Below are positions 26,322 through 40,930 of a stretch of 64,000 nucleotides of DNA, piece by piece. The notes beneath the pieces were generated by a model. The model searched no databases. It was not told the DNA's origin and saw nothing but the letters and a program-made list of their open reading frames with translations. Made by a program: the position numbers and the translations under genes. The stretch lies in NCBI RefSeq assembly GCF_009914755.1, contig NC_060933.1, one strand, 5' to 3'. The stretch comes from the human T2T-CHM13v2.0 reference genome, Homo sapiens. The stretch's first letter is position 1; each line of letters begins with the position of its first letter.

Positions 26322-28072
26322 ATGAAAGAGTTTAATGTATTCCATAAAAGTAATGTAGAGTCCCCAGGATGAACTGCTTTCAATGTCAGGAAGAGTTCTT
26401 TAAACAACAGTTAAAAGCAGCATTATTTGAAAAGAAAAATAAGTAGAGTATATTGTTTTTGCCTTTACCGAGAGGTAGGGGGTACACTTTTAACTAATAC
26501 CCACTTACTGATGCATAAAATTGAGTCCTCCCTTTACTTAAAGAATAGAGAAACATATATTGAGAGCTGAGTTATGTGAAAGCTGCTTATGATCATAATT
26601 ACTCTTCAAGATTTCACCCATTTTGGAAAAGAAGAAATGAGGCACTGACGGTATTTCACGCATGACCATACAGTCTGCAAGCTGTGGGACTAGACTGTAT
26701 CTCTAATGCCAACTGCCTTACACTGAAAATCTTCTGTTTCATGAGCACCCCTAGAGCTGAGTCCTACTTGCCTTGTTTGTTATCTGCCTTGAGGCCCAAG
26801 GCAGTGCCCAATTCACACTCAAATTTGAGGGCTTTGCTGAGTTCTTATACCTAACACAGTTCCCAAATAATTATTTTTTGAAAGACTTAGGAAAATGGCA
26901 TGAAGTAGAGCCTAAAGAATTTAACTGAAGCAATATTGTAAGGAAAAGTCAGTGTTGGAGAATGCAAACTATCCTACCACTAGGCCAAGAACCAGTTCCT
27001 AGGGGACTGAAGAAAATGAGAAAACTGAAGCAGAAGGAAATAAACCTTGAATCATTTCTGGTAGTAAATGTGAGAAGAATAAAACCAAATATGACCTGGG
27101 GCATTCCTCCACATTTCAGTCACCTTTTCTTTTAGAGAGAGAAGCTAGTTGCATGGGATGATCATGTTATTACTGTTGAATTTCTGACTTTTTGCCACCT
27201 ACATCATTCAGTTATGTTTTATCACCTTTTATTCCCCCTGGCAACAAGATTGACCATTAGTCTGAGTTGACTCTAGATATCTAAGGGAAAAATGTTATAA
27301 TTCATCAACATAGTCTTGTCAGACAAGGTTAGGATGTATTTCTGATAGACAGGAAGGGAACAGGTGTTTTTAATATCACTAAAACTGTAAGATGTATAGC
27401 ATACAATCTATTTCTTCTCTTTCACCTCTAGCAGAGAGCGAGAAAGAGAAAGAGAGAAGACAGAGAAGATTTATGCAACTTCTTGATCATTTTCAAATAA
27501 GTTTTCATAAGAAGCTTTAAGGAAGTTTTATCAAAACCCTAATATTAAGTAAGTACTACTTTGTTTTATTCAAATAACATACATATATTAATGAAGTCTT
27601 GCACACCAAATTGAACATTGGATTGAACTTTTAAGTTTATATTATTTGACACCCTGAAGTAGACTTTTCAGTCATACTTTTATCTGAACTTTATAATGGA
27701 CTAATGAAATCACTAAGAATGTTATAAAACTAGAACAAAATTTGCAACATTTAACAGATGAGCCACAGATCACAGACATCGGTACAAAATTGATAAATAA
27801 TTAAACAGATCTTTTAGACTTACAGAAAATAGACATGCCGAGTTTTTGCTCTAGAAATTGATTATTAGGACATTTCCCTTTCAAAAACTGGAGTGGCTGG
27901 GCTATATCTCCTTTTACTTTGTTACAAAGCCTGGATCCCTTTTATCCTGTTACAATGAACTAGGAGATGAAGAATCACAGTAGATCCCAAGTGACTTTCC
28001 CAGGGCTAAATTGCAAGCAAGGTTTCTTCAGGTGTTTCTTGTTAAAGTAAAAATCTCATTGTAATGAAATTA

Positions 28073-28225
28073 ATGTTTACTTGTCTATCTTACTTACAAT
28101 ATTAGAAGCTACCCTACCTTCTTAAAGGTAAAAATAATGTTACACTTCACTTTTGTACTTCAAAAGCCTATGACAGAGCCTGGCATATGTTAATAGCATG
28201 TAATAGATGTCTTTTGGATGAATTG
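28073..28225 (+). mobile_element. L2 3' end
   Basis: tgtttacttgtct...gcctatgacagagcctggcatatg...taatagatgtcttttggatgaat. Confidence 0.6.
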
Positions 28226-28612
28226 GTGTTCTTTTAACCTCTGTGTTCCAATATAAATGCAGAGAATGAATTAGATCTCAGAAGTCCTTTTTTAGGTATT
28301 AAACTTCATATCCCAGATTCCATAACTAGTTTCATTTTTAAAACAAAGAATTATCTTCATGTTTCTTGGAACTTGTATTAATTTTGATGTATAAAGTGCA
28401 ATTTTAACACAGCTGATGATACCTTGAAAAAATGTGACATGGCAATCAGATCTTTATTGTTATCAAACCACGACAGAGTGCAATTAAGATATATGCCTAT
28501 GGGTAATAATAGTTTCTAGTAGACACATGCTCCCAAAGGAACACAGTGATTCTTATCAGAAGTCAGAAATAAAAGAGAATGTGGGAGCACAAGTATATAA
28601 CATAGTGATGCC

Positions 28613-29885
28613 TTCATTCAATCAATAGTTATATGTAAATTTTTTTTGAAAGTAAGACAAAATCATTAAAGAAAAAAATACTTGCCCTGGTAGAGATCAC
28701 ATTTTACTGGGGTTATAGATAAATAATAATAAGCATAGCATAGTAGTAAATTATTTATACATTAGAAGAAGATCAGCACTGTGTTAAAAAAATAAAAAGA
28801 GCAGATTAAGGCATATTGGATGTCTTATGTGACACAATTTTACAGAGTGGTCAGCACATCCCTTATTGAAAAGGTAACACTTGAGTAAAGTCTTCAAAGG
28901 AAAGACTAATATCTGAGGAAAAAAAATCCAAGCAAGAGTAACAGCAAGTATAAAGACCAGGGGCAGGTAGTGGGCCCTGTGCTGGTAACTGAGACTGAAG
29001 CAGGGCTAGGAAAATTAACATAAATAGAAAGCAAAGTCTAAAAGGTAACGGGACATAGTATTACTTTGGCTTTTGAGCTGAAGAGAAATAAGAAATCATT
29101 AGATGTTTTTGAGCTGGTTTGAAATTTAAAAGATGACTTTGGCTTCTGTTTGAGAAAAGACTAAAAACAGGTAGAGGTGAAAGCAGAAAAACCAGTCAGG
29201 AAGTGGCTCTAATAATTCATTACCCTGTTCCTGATAACTTGGACCAGGGTAATGGTAGTACAGATAGTGAAAAGTAACAGGCTTTTGATTATGGTTTCCA
29301 AGAAGAACTAGAAGGATTTGCTAATGAATTGACGTGGGTATGAAGGAAGAGAGGAGATTCAAGAATGATTCTTAGGATTTTGCCATGGAGCACCCAAGAG
29401 TGGAGTTACCATTAAATGAAATGAAGCAGACAGTAGCTAAAGCAAAAGTTTTGTTTTTGTTTTTGTTTTCCTTTAGAAAATTAAAATATCATGTTTCTTT
29501 GTAATGAGTTTAGGATGTCTATTAGACATTTAAGTAGGCAGTTACATCTAGAAATCCTGAGCACAGAAGAGAGTTTGATCTAGAAATATGTGTTTATGAT
29601 TCATCAGCATATACTTCGGATTTCTGACAATGAGATGTGTTCACAAAGGAAGACAGTGTACGTGGGAAAAGAAGGATAGGAAGGGGAAGAAAGGGAAGAG
29701 AAGGGAATAATAGTGAAGAGAAGAGATGAGGTCCTAGCACTAAGCTTAGGGCACATCAGTGTTAGGAAGGCCAGAGAAAAGAAGAGTGAGCAAAAGAGAT
29801 TGAAAAGAAGTGGCTGATGAGACATGCTACTGAAGGGCCTGGACTACTGGAAACCAAGTGAAGAAACTGCTTTTAGGAAAAGGAA
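28613..29885 (-). mobile_element. L2a LINE
   Basis: Starts with ttcattcaatcaatag tail; aaaaggtaacacttgagtaaag, aacagcaagtataaagacc, gagtttaggatgtctattagacatttaagt. Confidence 0.8.
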
Positions 29886-32224
29886 GACATTTCATTTGCA
29901 TTTCAAAACCTCACCTTGGAGTAGGGAGCAAGATGGTAGAATACAAGATTCCACCAATGGTCCCCCTGAAAAGGACACCAAATTAACAAGTATTTACACA
30001 AGAAAAGCACCTTCATCAGAACAAAAAATCAGGTGAGCACTCACAGTACCTAGTTTTAACATCCTATCCATGAAAGAGGCAATGAAGAGGTAGAAAAAAT
30101 CTCAAATCGCTAATGCAACCCCTCCCCCACCCCCCAGCAGTGGCAGGGTGTGGAGAGTGTTTCAGTGTGCTGAGGGAGGGAGAGCACAGCAGTTATGAGG
30201 CATTGAACTCTGGGCCGTGTTGTTAGAGCAGAAAAGAAAACTAGACCAGACTCAGCTGACATCCACCCACAGACCGGAACATTTAGACCAGCCCTAGCCA
30301 AAAGGGAATTGCCAATCCCAGAAGTCAGAACTTGAGTTCCTGCGATCCTTGACACAATAGGCTAAAGTGCTATGGATCTCTGAGTAAACTTGAAAGGCAG
30401 TCTAGGCGACAAGGACTGCAACTTTTACAGGAGTCCTAGTGATGAACTGGGCCCAGAGACAGTGGACGAGGAGGGCACACCACCTATTGAGGCAACAGCC
30501 AGAGCAGTTAAGGAAGTACTGGCATCACTGGTCCCTAAAGCCCAGGTTGTGCAGCTTGCAGCTCCAAAAGAGACCCATTCTTTCCCCTTGAGGAGAGGAA
30601 AGGGAAGAGTGCAGGAGGACTGTCTTGCTTCTTGGATACCAGCTCAGCCACAGCAGGATACAGAACTGGTCAGAGTTATGAGAACCCTGTTCCAGGCCCA
30701 AGTTCCTGGACGATATTTCCAGACGCACCCTGGGCAAGAAGAGAACTCACTGCCTTAAAGGGAAAAAACCCAGTCCTGACAGCATTCATCATCTGCTAAG
30801 TGAAGACCCTTGGGCCTTGAATAATCAAAAGTAATACCCAGGTAATATGTCAAGGGCCTTAGGTGAGCCTCTGAGACTTGCTGGCTTCAGGTATTATCTT
30901 GGCCTCAGTGGCATAGAGCACTAAGCAAGCCAGGATGTTGGGGTCCTAGATTCTAGGACTTGACTCTTAGATGGCATTTCTGGACCTGCCCATTGCCAGA
31001 AGGGAGCCCACTGCCCTAAAGGGTGAGTCCCAAGCCAGGTAGCATTAAGCACAAGCTTACTTGAGAGCCCTTGGGCCTTAAGGCCACATTGGTGGCAATT
31101 TGGCATTACTCTCTGTGGGCCTATTGTGGTGGTGGCCATAGGGTGTGGCTCCTCTGCCTTTTGAAAGGCAGGAGAAAGAGTGGGAGACTGCATCTTGTGG
31201 TTTGAATGCTGCCAGCTCAGCTGCAATTTACAATAGAACACCAGGTAGACTTCTAAAGTTTTTGACTCTAGTCCTTGACACTCAGATGGCACCTCTGGAC
31301 TAACCAGGGGCCTAGCGGAACTTGGTGCCCTGAATGTAAGGACATAGGCCTGGCCACCTTTGCCACCTGCCAGTTGTAGAGCTCCAGGACCTTGAGTGAA
31401 CATAGGCAGTAGCCAGAGAATGGTTACAGCAGGCCTTGGGTGAGCCCCAGTGCTGTGGTAGCTTCAGATCTAACCTAGTACAGTCATAGTGGTGGTAGCC
31501 ACAAGGGTGCTTGTGTCACTCCACCCCCAGCTTTAGGTTGCTCAGACCAGAGAGAGAGACTGTTTGTTTGGAAGAAAGTAAGGGAAGAGAACAAGAGTCT
31601 CTACCTGGTAATCCAGAGAACTCTCCTGAATCTTTTGGAAGACCATCAAAGCAGTACCTTTATGAGTCTGCAAGAACCACAGCATTACTGGGCTTGGGGT
31701 GCCCCCTAAAGCAAAAACAGCTTAGACCACAACATGCAAGTCCTTATGAATATCTGAAAAGCTTTCCTAAGAAGGACAGGTACAAACAAACCCAGACAGT
31801 AAACACTGTAATATATGCCTAACTCTTCAATGTGCAGACACAGATGAACATTCATAATCATCAACAACATCCAGGAAAACATGACCTCACAAAATGAACT
31901 AAAGATGACACCAGGGACCAATCCTTCCTGGAGAAACAGAGATATTGTGACCTTTCAGACAGAGATTTCAAAATAACTGTGTTGAGGAAACTCAAAAAAA
32001 TTCAGGATAACACAGAGAAGGAATTCAGAATTCTATGAGCTAAATTTAACAAATAGATTGAAATAATTACAAAGAACCAAGCAAAAATTCTGGAGCTGAA
32101 AAACAGTATTGAAAAATACTCTGAAGAATGCATCAGAATCTCTTAATAGCAGAATTGATCAAGCAGAAAAAAAGAATTAGTGAGCTTGAAGACAGGCTAT
32201 TTGAAAATATGCAGTCAGAAGAGA

Positions 32225-32589
32225 CGTATTAGTCTGTTCTCATGCTGCTAATAATGACATATTGGGAGACTCGGTAATTTATAAAGAGAAAGAGGTTTAA
32301 TGACCCACAGTTCCACATAGCTGAGGAGGCCTGAGAATCATGGCAGAAGGTGAAGGAGTAGCAAAGGCACGTCTTACATGGTGGCAGGCAAGAAAGCACG
32401 TGCAGAGGAACCACTCTTTCTAAAACCATCAGATCTTGTGAGACTTATTCACTGTCACGAGAACAGCATGGGAAAAACCTGCCCCTGTGATTCAGTTACC
32501 TCCCACCAGGTCCCTCCCACAACACGTGGGGATTATGAGAGCTGCAATTCAAGATGAGATTTGGGTGAATACACAGCCAAACCATATCA
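32225..32589 (-). mobile_element. THE1C/B solo LTR
   Basis: gtattagtctgttctcatgctgcta...caagatgagatttgggtg...acacagccaaaccatatca; 5-bp TSD agaga/ggaga. Confidence 0.93.
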
Positions 32590-32977
32590 GGAGACAAAAT
32601 AAAAAAGAATGAAAAACAATAAAGCATGCCTATAAGATGTAGGAAATAGTTTCAAAAGGGCAAATCTGAGTTTTCAGCCTAAAGGGGAGGTAGACAAGGA
32701 CATAGGGGTAGAATGTTTTTTCAAGGAAATAATAACAGAGAACACAAACCAAAAGAAATATATCAGTATCCAAATCCACGAAGGTTATAGAACACCAAGC
32801 ACATTTAAACCAAAGAAGACTACCTCAAGGCATTTAATAATCAAACTCCCAAAGATCAAGGATAAAGAAAAGATCCTAAAAACAGCAAGAGAAAAGAAAC
32901 AAATAACATACAATGGTGCTCCAATATGTCTGGAAGCAGAGTTTTCAGTTGGAACCTTACATGCCAGGAGAGAGTGG

Positions 32978-33331
32978 TGATATGATTTGGCTGTGTCCCC
33001 ACCCAAATCTCACCTTGAATTGTAATAATCCCCACATGTCAAAGACAGGGCCAGGTGGAGATAATTGAATCATGAGGGTAGTTCCACCATACTGTTCTCA
33101 TAGCAGCAAATAATTCTCATGAGATCTGATGGTTTTAGAAATGGCAGTTCCCTTGCATAAACTCTCTCTTGCTGCTGCCATGTAAGATGTATCTTGCTCC
33201 CCCTTTGCTTCTGCCATGATTGTGAGGCCTCCCCAGCCATGTGGAACTGTGAGTCAATTAAACCTCTTTCCTTTATAAATTACCCAGTCTCAGGTATGTC
33301 TTTATTAGCAGCATGAGAACAGACTAATACA
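32978..33331 (+). mobile_element. THE1B-like solo LTR
   Basis: tgatatgatttggctgtgtccccacccaaatctca...attaaacctctttcctttataaattacccagtctcagg...cagactaataca. Confidence 0.93.
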
Positions 33332-33728
33332 AGGTCATGGCATATTTAAAATGCTGGAGGAAAGCCACTTTTACCTTATAATAGTGTATCCAGCAAAAAT
33401 ATCCTTCAAACATAAAGGTTAAACAAACGCTTTTCCAGACAAACAAAAGCTGAGGGATTTCATCAACATGAGACCTGTCCTACAAGATATGTTAAAGTGA
33501 GTACTTCAATCAGAAGAAACGAACATTAATGAGCAATAAATAATTACCTGAGGGTATAAAACTCACTGGTAATAGTAAGTACACAAGACACACAAAATAT
33601 TATAACACTGTAACTGTGGTGTGTAAACTACTCTTATCCTAAGTAGAATGACTAAATGATGAACCAATCCAAAATAGTAACTACAACAACTTTTCAAGAT
33701 ATAGGCAGTACAACAATATATAAATAGA

Positions 33729-34090
<362 letters not shown>

Positions 34091-34321
34091 TTATTAGTTT
34101 TCTTTTTTATTGCTTATGCAAACAGTGTTAAAAATGGGAGTTCCCTTGTTATTAAAGTAATGGGTTATAAGATAGTATTTGCAAGCCTCATGGTAAGGTC
34201 AAACCAAAAAATATACAATGAATCCATAAAACTTGACTTTCATTTGAGAACACTAAGATATTCCAGACATTGCAAGTGGACACAGATGTCAGAATTTCAT
34301 AGTAACACCAATGAAAGGAAA

Positions 34322-34555
34322 AATAATTAGTTTTTATTGAGTACCTGCTATGTGCCTGGTACTGTATTTGTATTATCTCATATCTAGCCTTCTACTTGCA
34401 AAGTTCTTAGACACTATTATCCCTATTTTAAAGATGAGAAAATCCTGACTCAAAATTAAGACATTTCCATTGTCATGAAAATAGTGAATAACGGAGCCAG
34501 AATTGGTATTCGTTTTCATTGGACAAGTCAGAATTTCTTGGACTGTATTGCTTGC
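34322..34555 (-). mobile_element. MIR SINE
   Basis: tttattgagtacctgctatgtgcctgg...ctattatccctattttaaagatgagaaaa...ggagccagaattg. Confidence 0.7.
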
Positions 34556-37500
34556 TTTGCTGTAAATGACTTGGTAACCTCAATGAGTAATCTGAAATAT
34601 CTGGGCCCTAGGTTACTCAACTGTAAACATATAGAAGCTATCAACTGAAAGGACAATTGTGAAGGCATTAAGATGCACATAGTATGACTTCCTTAACTTC
34701 TGAAAAAGTATCGAAGAATCACACCAAGGTGCAAGATAAAGGCTTGAGGTTGCCTGAGGTTGGTCTAAGATGCTGATTTCTCAGCTACTGGTGTGATTTA
34801 CACAAAAGAAGAGAAAGAAAATTCTTAGGAAAAGCAGAGAAAAAAAAACCCCATAATTTATAGCCTCTAAGTTAATAGAAAGACAATGAACCTAATTAGT
34901 ACATTTGACTCCAACTTAATCTATATTTTAAGGCTGATGACCTATGAACCTCAAGTAGTGACTCAGATGGTTAATGTAATATAAATCCAGGAGTAATAGA
35001 GAACTTCCAGAATGACTGTGGCGTAACCTAAACTTTTAATATTAGAAAAGAGGGCTACCGGCCTTAAAATTTCTGCTATAACTTGCCAGTGCCTAGTGCC
35101 ACTTGCTCTGTGGCATACATTTATGAAATGGCACTGCTTCCTACATGCAAAAGTAGAAACAGCCATGTTATGCAAAATTATCTATGACATCCAACCCACT
35201 GGGGCTCATATACAACTTATGGTTTCATTATGCAGAATTATAATGGGTCTTAATATTCTATTACTCCTTGGCTCTAATACCTTTTCATCAACGTAAGGAC
35301 CTTAAGATTAGGGCTTTGCTTAGATTGGCTAGCATTGTCACCCTGGAAACTCTAGTGTCCTATGGAATTACACAAATTGATAATCTAAAGATAGCAAGCA
35401 TGTCAGAAATTTCAGAAGTAGTTATAATGTATTTGTTAATAATTCATGGTTAGCAACAGGGATATGAAATTACAAATGACTGAACTTCAGTTTCCTGATC
35501 ATATATGATTACTTAAGTAACTGTAAGTCTTCAGCACTCACTGTATCAATTATGCAACATCTTAGGTGATTGATTTTTATTGGTCTCTGCCTGAGTTAAC
35601 TTAATTTTTCAGTTGTCTTTCTTCCAGATTCTTCTTAGAATTGTTGTCAAACAAGGAATTAAATTATATTTTTCTCCCATTACCTACTTGTAGGCTGTGA
35701 TCCTCCTTTGACAAGTCCAAACGCTTTTATCAGAGGATAAATAGATGGTGCCTTAAGAAGAGTAGAACTGAGACATTATTAAAGGTCAGGGGGCTGCTTT
35801 CTCAGTTTCCAATAAGCAAGTGGCCGCATCTAATTCCTTCAAGCATACCTGAGCTATTTTTCCTTTAAATATAAAGTAACAACATAGAACCCTAGACAGT
35901 GATCTCAGCTATACTTTTCTCTTTGTGCCTAATGTAAATGTTATTCCCAAACCATCTCAGAAGCAATAAACATTTAGTCCGTTCATTGTCATACCATGAT
36001 CTGGAGAAAAGTGGATCTAAAATCTGTACTATGGGAAGATCATGCAATTGATAGAGATAAGCATATAAGCCCACCACATAAGAATGTAACCACATTCAAC
36101 ATTGCACAATAACTGATTCTTGAGACTAAGCAATAAAAATTGCACCTGTTTTTAATCACTTCTTACTAGACTTAAATTTAAGGTACACTTTGTGACAAAA
36201 GGCACCATCATATTGAATTTCCCTCATGTTATCTATAGAGAAAACTATTTCAAAACACTGATAGGATAGGATCAGCTATATAAGATATTGGTGTTAACTC
36301 ATAAAAATGCTGAGCTCTAAATGAGCCAAAGAACACAGTATTGCTATTTCCTAAGCTGCAGTTCAGGGAAGCCTGCATCATTAAAAAAAAAAGAATTCTT
36401 ATCTCCAATTGATGTTTATTACTCTCAAGTTTTGAGGAAAAAAGGAATGAAATGGTCTATCAGTTCTCATTAACTCAGAATATAAAAATATCTGGTAGAC
36501 TCATGGCAGATGGCTTGAATTAGTCATACAATGTGGCTAAGGGTTTAGTGGCAATTTATATTTTGTTAGAAGGAAATAACCAGTGATATACTGTCATTTC
36601 AGTTAGTGTTTATAAATGTAAAAAATAAGCTAACATTGAAAATTTTACTAAGGTCACCTTGCTCTACTTTTTCTGATTAGGAGTTCTGTAACTTATATGA
36701 ATAATTTATTAGAAAAAGTTACCAATCTTCTCATAACTCAGGTACTCTGATGAGAAAAAATTTACAAACATAAACAGAATTCTAGGATAACTCACCTAGC
36801 AAAACTATGGTTAAAATAATGAAAGCCATGTAATACACATCCCAATAAGGGGCATTTGTCTATATTATATACAAATGGAGAACGGCTTCTGTCCTGCATA
36901 AGTTCCTTTTTTAATCAACACAGGGTAAATTTCTTATCTCTGTGGGAGGAGGAGTAGGCTTCAGAAGTTATTGCTTCATAATCCATAGGGATGTTTTCAG
37001 TTTACCAGACACACTGTACTGATAGGTGTGAATTTTATAAGTTCATTATGTTTATGATTTTTGAAAGCATAAAGTGATTTTAAAATATTTTTCTTTAATT
37101 TTATAATAATAGCGACCTGCATTTCATACAATTTAATTTTCTGTTAACTATTTATAGTGTTATGGCACAGTTTTGCTGTATTGCCCTGATGTATGATTTC
37201 TAATTCTTTGGATATGACCAAATCAAAGCTCAAACTAAAAGAAATTTGTATATAAGTATACATCACTGTATACATACATGTAAAATGGCATTGTAAGATC
37301 CCGTTTTTCCCTGTAGATGGACATTACAGTTTAGTCCAAGCCAGAAGGTAATTGGGTCAACCACACCTGGACTCTGAGGATTTTAAATTCTAGTGTCAAA
37401 AAACTGCTTCTGACACATTGAGCTGAGCTGAACCTCATGCTAGGTTCACTGCGAGCTGAATTCTGGCTGAGCAGTATAAATGATGTGGCTGTCTTGAAAC

Positions 37501-38054
37501 AAAGCCTTCTGAATTCTCAAACTGACAGGATCTATAAAAACTTGGAGAGAATTCAGAGGAAGCCATTTCCATAATCACAGAACTGGGAAGCCAGAACCAC
37601 TGGAAAATGAAGAAACTTATTTTATTCATTAAGGGATAGTAGATGGCATCATTAAAGAAAAGTTATATTGATGTAAAAAAATGTTATTTAGACTATGGCA
37701 ATGAAATCTTTTCCATTTCCACTATATATGTGAACAGTAAAATATTCTCTTTGGGGAATTGGAAATATATAAAAACTCCCTGAAACCCAAAGTCATTAAA
37801 TATTGGATGTACTGGATTGTCAAATATTAGAATGAGTTATTAAGTTGAATGTGAAATCTGATGTTTTGGCAGCCCACATTAATTTTCTTCTCCCTGGGGT
37901 GGAGTGAGAACAACTGTAACTAAAAATAGTGCTTTTGGGCTAGATTAACAGCCAATAGTATATTCATGCAGCACAATTTCCTGGGTATTTCTGTGCCTAT
38001 GATAGGGTATGTTGTAGCAGTTATTGGAATCCTACATCTTCTTTCCAGTCAACA

Positions 38055-38218
38055 GTTGTGAGGCTGTGGGGAGGAAACCTAATTAAATTTCAGTTTCCTC
38101 CTTTTATAAAATAGGAATAATGCTCTAGAGATCGCTGACAGGAAAATAAGAAAAAATGGAATAAGTACTTGTACAATGCCTGACACATATTAAGTCCTCA
38201 ATAAATATTGAGAGTATT
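38055..38218 (+). mobile_element. MIR SINE
   Basis: ttcagtttcctc...tataaaataggaataat...acaatgcctgacacatattaagtcctcaataaatattg. Confidence 0.65.
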
Positions 38219-39629
38219 TTGTTTCATTTTAAACTTAGATGAAATAATATAGAGATGTTGGGTACAACAGTAGAATTCACTATGGCCAATTTTTCTTTCT
38301 CCAAAGCTTTTCTGCTTTAATCAATGCCAAGCATTACAACTGAGTCTTAGAACACAAAAGAACACAAGCAGGATAACAAATGAAGTAAAATTATCATTCT
38401 ATTTTATCCCAGGAAAAAAAATATTTCCAACACAGATATTCTGAAGAGAAAAGTGTTGAATAAATTATGTATATTCTCTCAGAAATAAAATGAATATTCT
38501 CATTTTAGTCTGTAAAAGTATATAGTCATACATTGATTGTAATTATTTTTATTCCAAATATCATTTAAATGAGGGTATAGGAGTCTTGAATCCACAGGCA
38601 GGAGTGAGACTGAGCACTAAAAAACAGAAACTTCAATACTATCAGAACTGTCCAATATTTCTCTCTTCTACCCTGCTGTCTGCTCTTTTGTTTTTAATCT
38701 TTTTTTATCTCTTCCTTTCTGTCTCGGGCTATCTTAGTGTTTGTTTCTCTGTTTTTGTCTGCTTCTTTGAGCTATAATTTGAAAAAAATGCTGTCTTTAG
38801 TTCCTTCATTTTTAACTTATGGGCAAAATTTCCAAGGAAATACTACATTTTATTTCTTAACATTAGTACCAAAACTGTCAGGTAAGAACCATGATTAGAC
38901 AGTGACAGGAAGATGTCCACCCATGGATCTCTCTAGTGTACCATATGGTGGCTTTCAAAGTAGCTATGGGTGGTAGAAAAGGTAAAAAGGGATATTTCCA
39001 AAAAGAGAGCTGATGCTGGGTTAACAAAACAAAAAATGTCCACTTCAATATACACTCATGTCCAAATATATCACATATATAGGAATATATGTTTTGTATA
39101 CATATATTTTATTTTACACACACACACACAGACCCACACACACACGTGGCCTTGAAATACTCAAGGCCCCGTATATTCCAAATGGGACCTTTGGCTATTT
39201 CAATAGATTTGTATGCTGATGTCTAGATTGAATACTATACATTGTTTATTATACATATGTGGGACTATGCCATACTCATATGAAAAATGAAAAATCTATA
39301 CATTGATGCTACAAAGTAAAAAAAGAAATCTCAAATCCACTAATTATAACAGTTTTCTTCACATTATGGATTTGTCCATTGAAACGTGTGCTGGACAAAA
39401 TAAATGTAATAGTCCCATTCTAATTTAAATAATATATCGCTTTTTGATATTTGACTGTCACATTTCAGCTCAGGGAAAACAAGACATTATATTGCGGTTC
39501 AAATAAGCTATGAACAAAATATCAGTGACTTCTGTATCAGCCATATTCATTTCTAAATGTTTTATGATGTATAGCCAACATTTATTGCCATCTTCACATA
39601 GAAATATAATATGTATAATCCCATTGGAA

Positions 39630-40583
39630 CCACAAGCAAACAATGTCTTGATCTTTGCTCCTCCCAACCCAATCTGCCCTTCCAACAGTGTTTACAACTT
39701 AAAAAGGCAAATCCATTTTCTGAATCCTTGAGCAAAAATTAATGACCTTTTTTCCTTCACACTGTAGATCCAAACCATCACCAAACCACATGACTCTACC
39801 TTCAAACACATTCAGAATCTTCTCTCCAGCTTCATAATGACCACATAGGGCCCAGCCAACATCTTCTCACCAAGAGTATTGCAGGAGGCTTCTAACTGAT
39901 CTCCATACTTCCATCTTTATGTCTCTATAATCCATTTTCAATAGTAGCCAGAGTAATTTTTTCAAAAATTTTAAATAAGGACATCAGTCTTTTGCTCAAA
40001 TCCTTTCAGTGCTTCTCATCTCAATCAGAAACAAAGTCTGTATGATGGCCAGAAAGACATACAGAATCCACAACCCCTCCCCAGTTACACCTTCCACGAC
40101 GTCTCTGGAGAAGAGTTTGTTAATTTCCTCTTCTCTCCTTTGCTTACTCCATTTCAGCCACATCAGTTTATTTTATCTCAAAAACACTAGAAACACATGC
40201 GCCTCCAGGCCTTAAGACTTGCTATGCTCTGTCTGGACTGCTCCCGCCGTCTCCAAATGGCCCTGTCTCTCTTCTCTTTAACTATTTGCTCAAAGGTCGC
40301 CTGCTCAGGGAGTCCTCTGAGTCCACTCCATTTAAAATTTGAGACCTCTCGCTCCTTATCCTTCTTCTCTGCTTCATTTCCTATATCTTGTTTATTACCA
40401 TCTGGCATACTCTGTATTTTATTCTTTTATTTTTTTATCATCAATATCCCCCTACCCTATATGAAGAATGTAAACTCCATAAGAATGGCAATTTTTGACT
40501 GTTCTGATAACTGTTGTACCATAATTGCCTAGGATTGTGCCTGGCATATACTGGATGATCAATAGATGTTTCAGTTGAATAAA
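39630..40583 (+). mobile_element. L2a LINE
   Basis: ctctaccttcaaacacattcagaatc...ttctaactgatctcc...tttgctcaaa...gtgcctggcatatactggatgatcaatagatgtttcagttgaat. Confidence 0.82.
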
Positions 40584-40764
40584 GTAATTATTGAGGAAGG
40601 AGGGGTGAAACCGTACCTTACTGGTAATACACAGCCACTAGCATTATGAACCATATTTCTCCTAATGACCATAATCAACACTTTGCTTTTCTTCAAGCAA
40701 ATGACCGAACTAAAGGAGATATTATTTTGAGATGAAGTGGCTAGCTTCTTAATCAACAATACAC

Positions 40765-40930
40765 AAGTGCATAGTGCTTTCATATGCATTGTTCAGTCCA
40801 CCCTTCAAAGAACCCTAAGAGCAATATAGTGCTATCTCTGGGAATATGAAGAATCTGGGATCAGTAATGTAGGCAGGAACACGTAGCTACTGGCAGAGTC
40901 TGATCTCAGACTTCTGCTTTCAGTCAAGGA
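40765..40930 (-). mobile_element. MIR remnant
   Basis: gtgctttcatatgcatt...aaccctaag...acgtagctactggcagag. Confidence 0.4.

Noticed and set aside
30110-31822. GC-richer block with several 70-160 aa ORFs and internal repeats
   Set aside because: This is the repetitive 5' UTR of the old L1M1/L1MA element, not a host promoter or gene.
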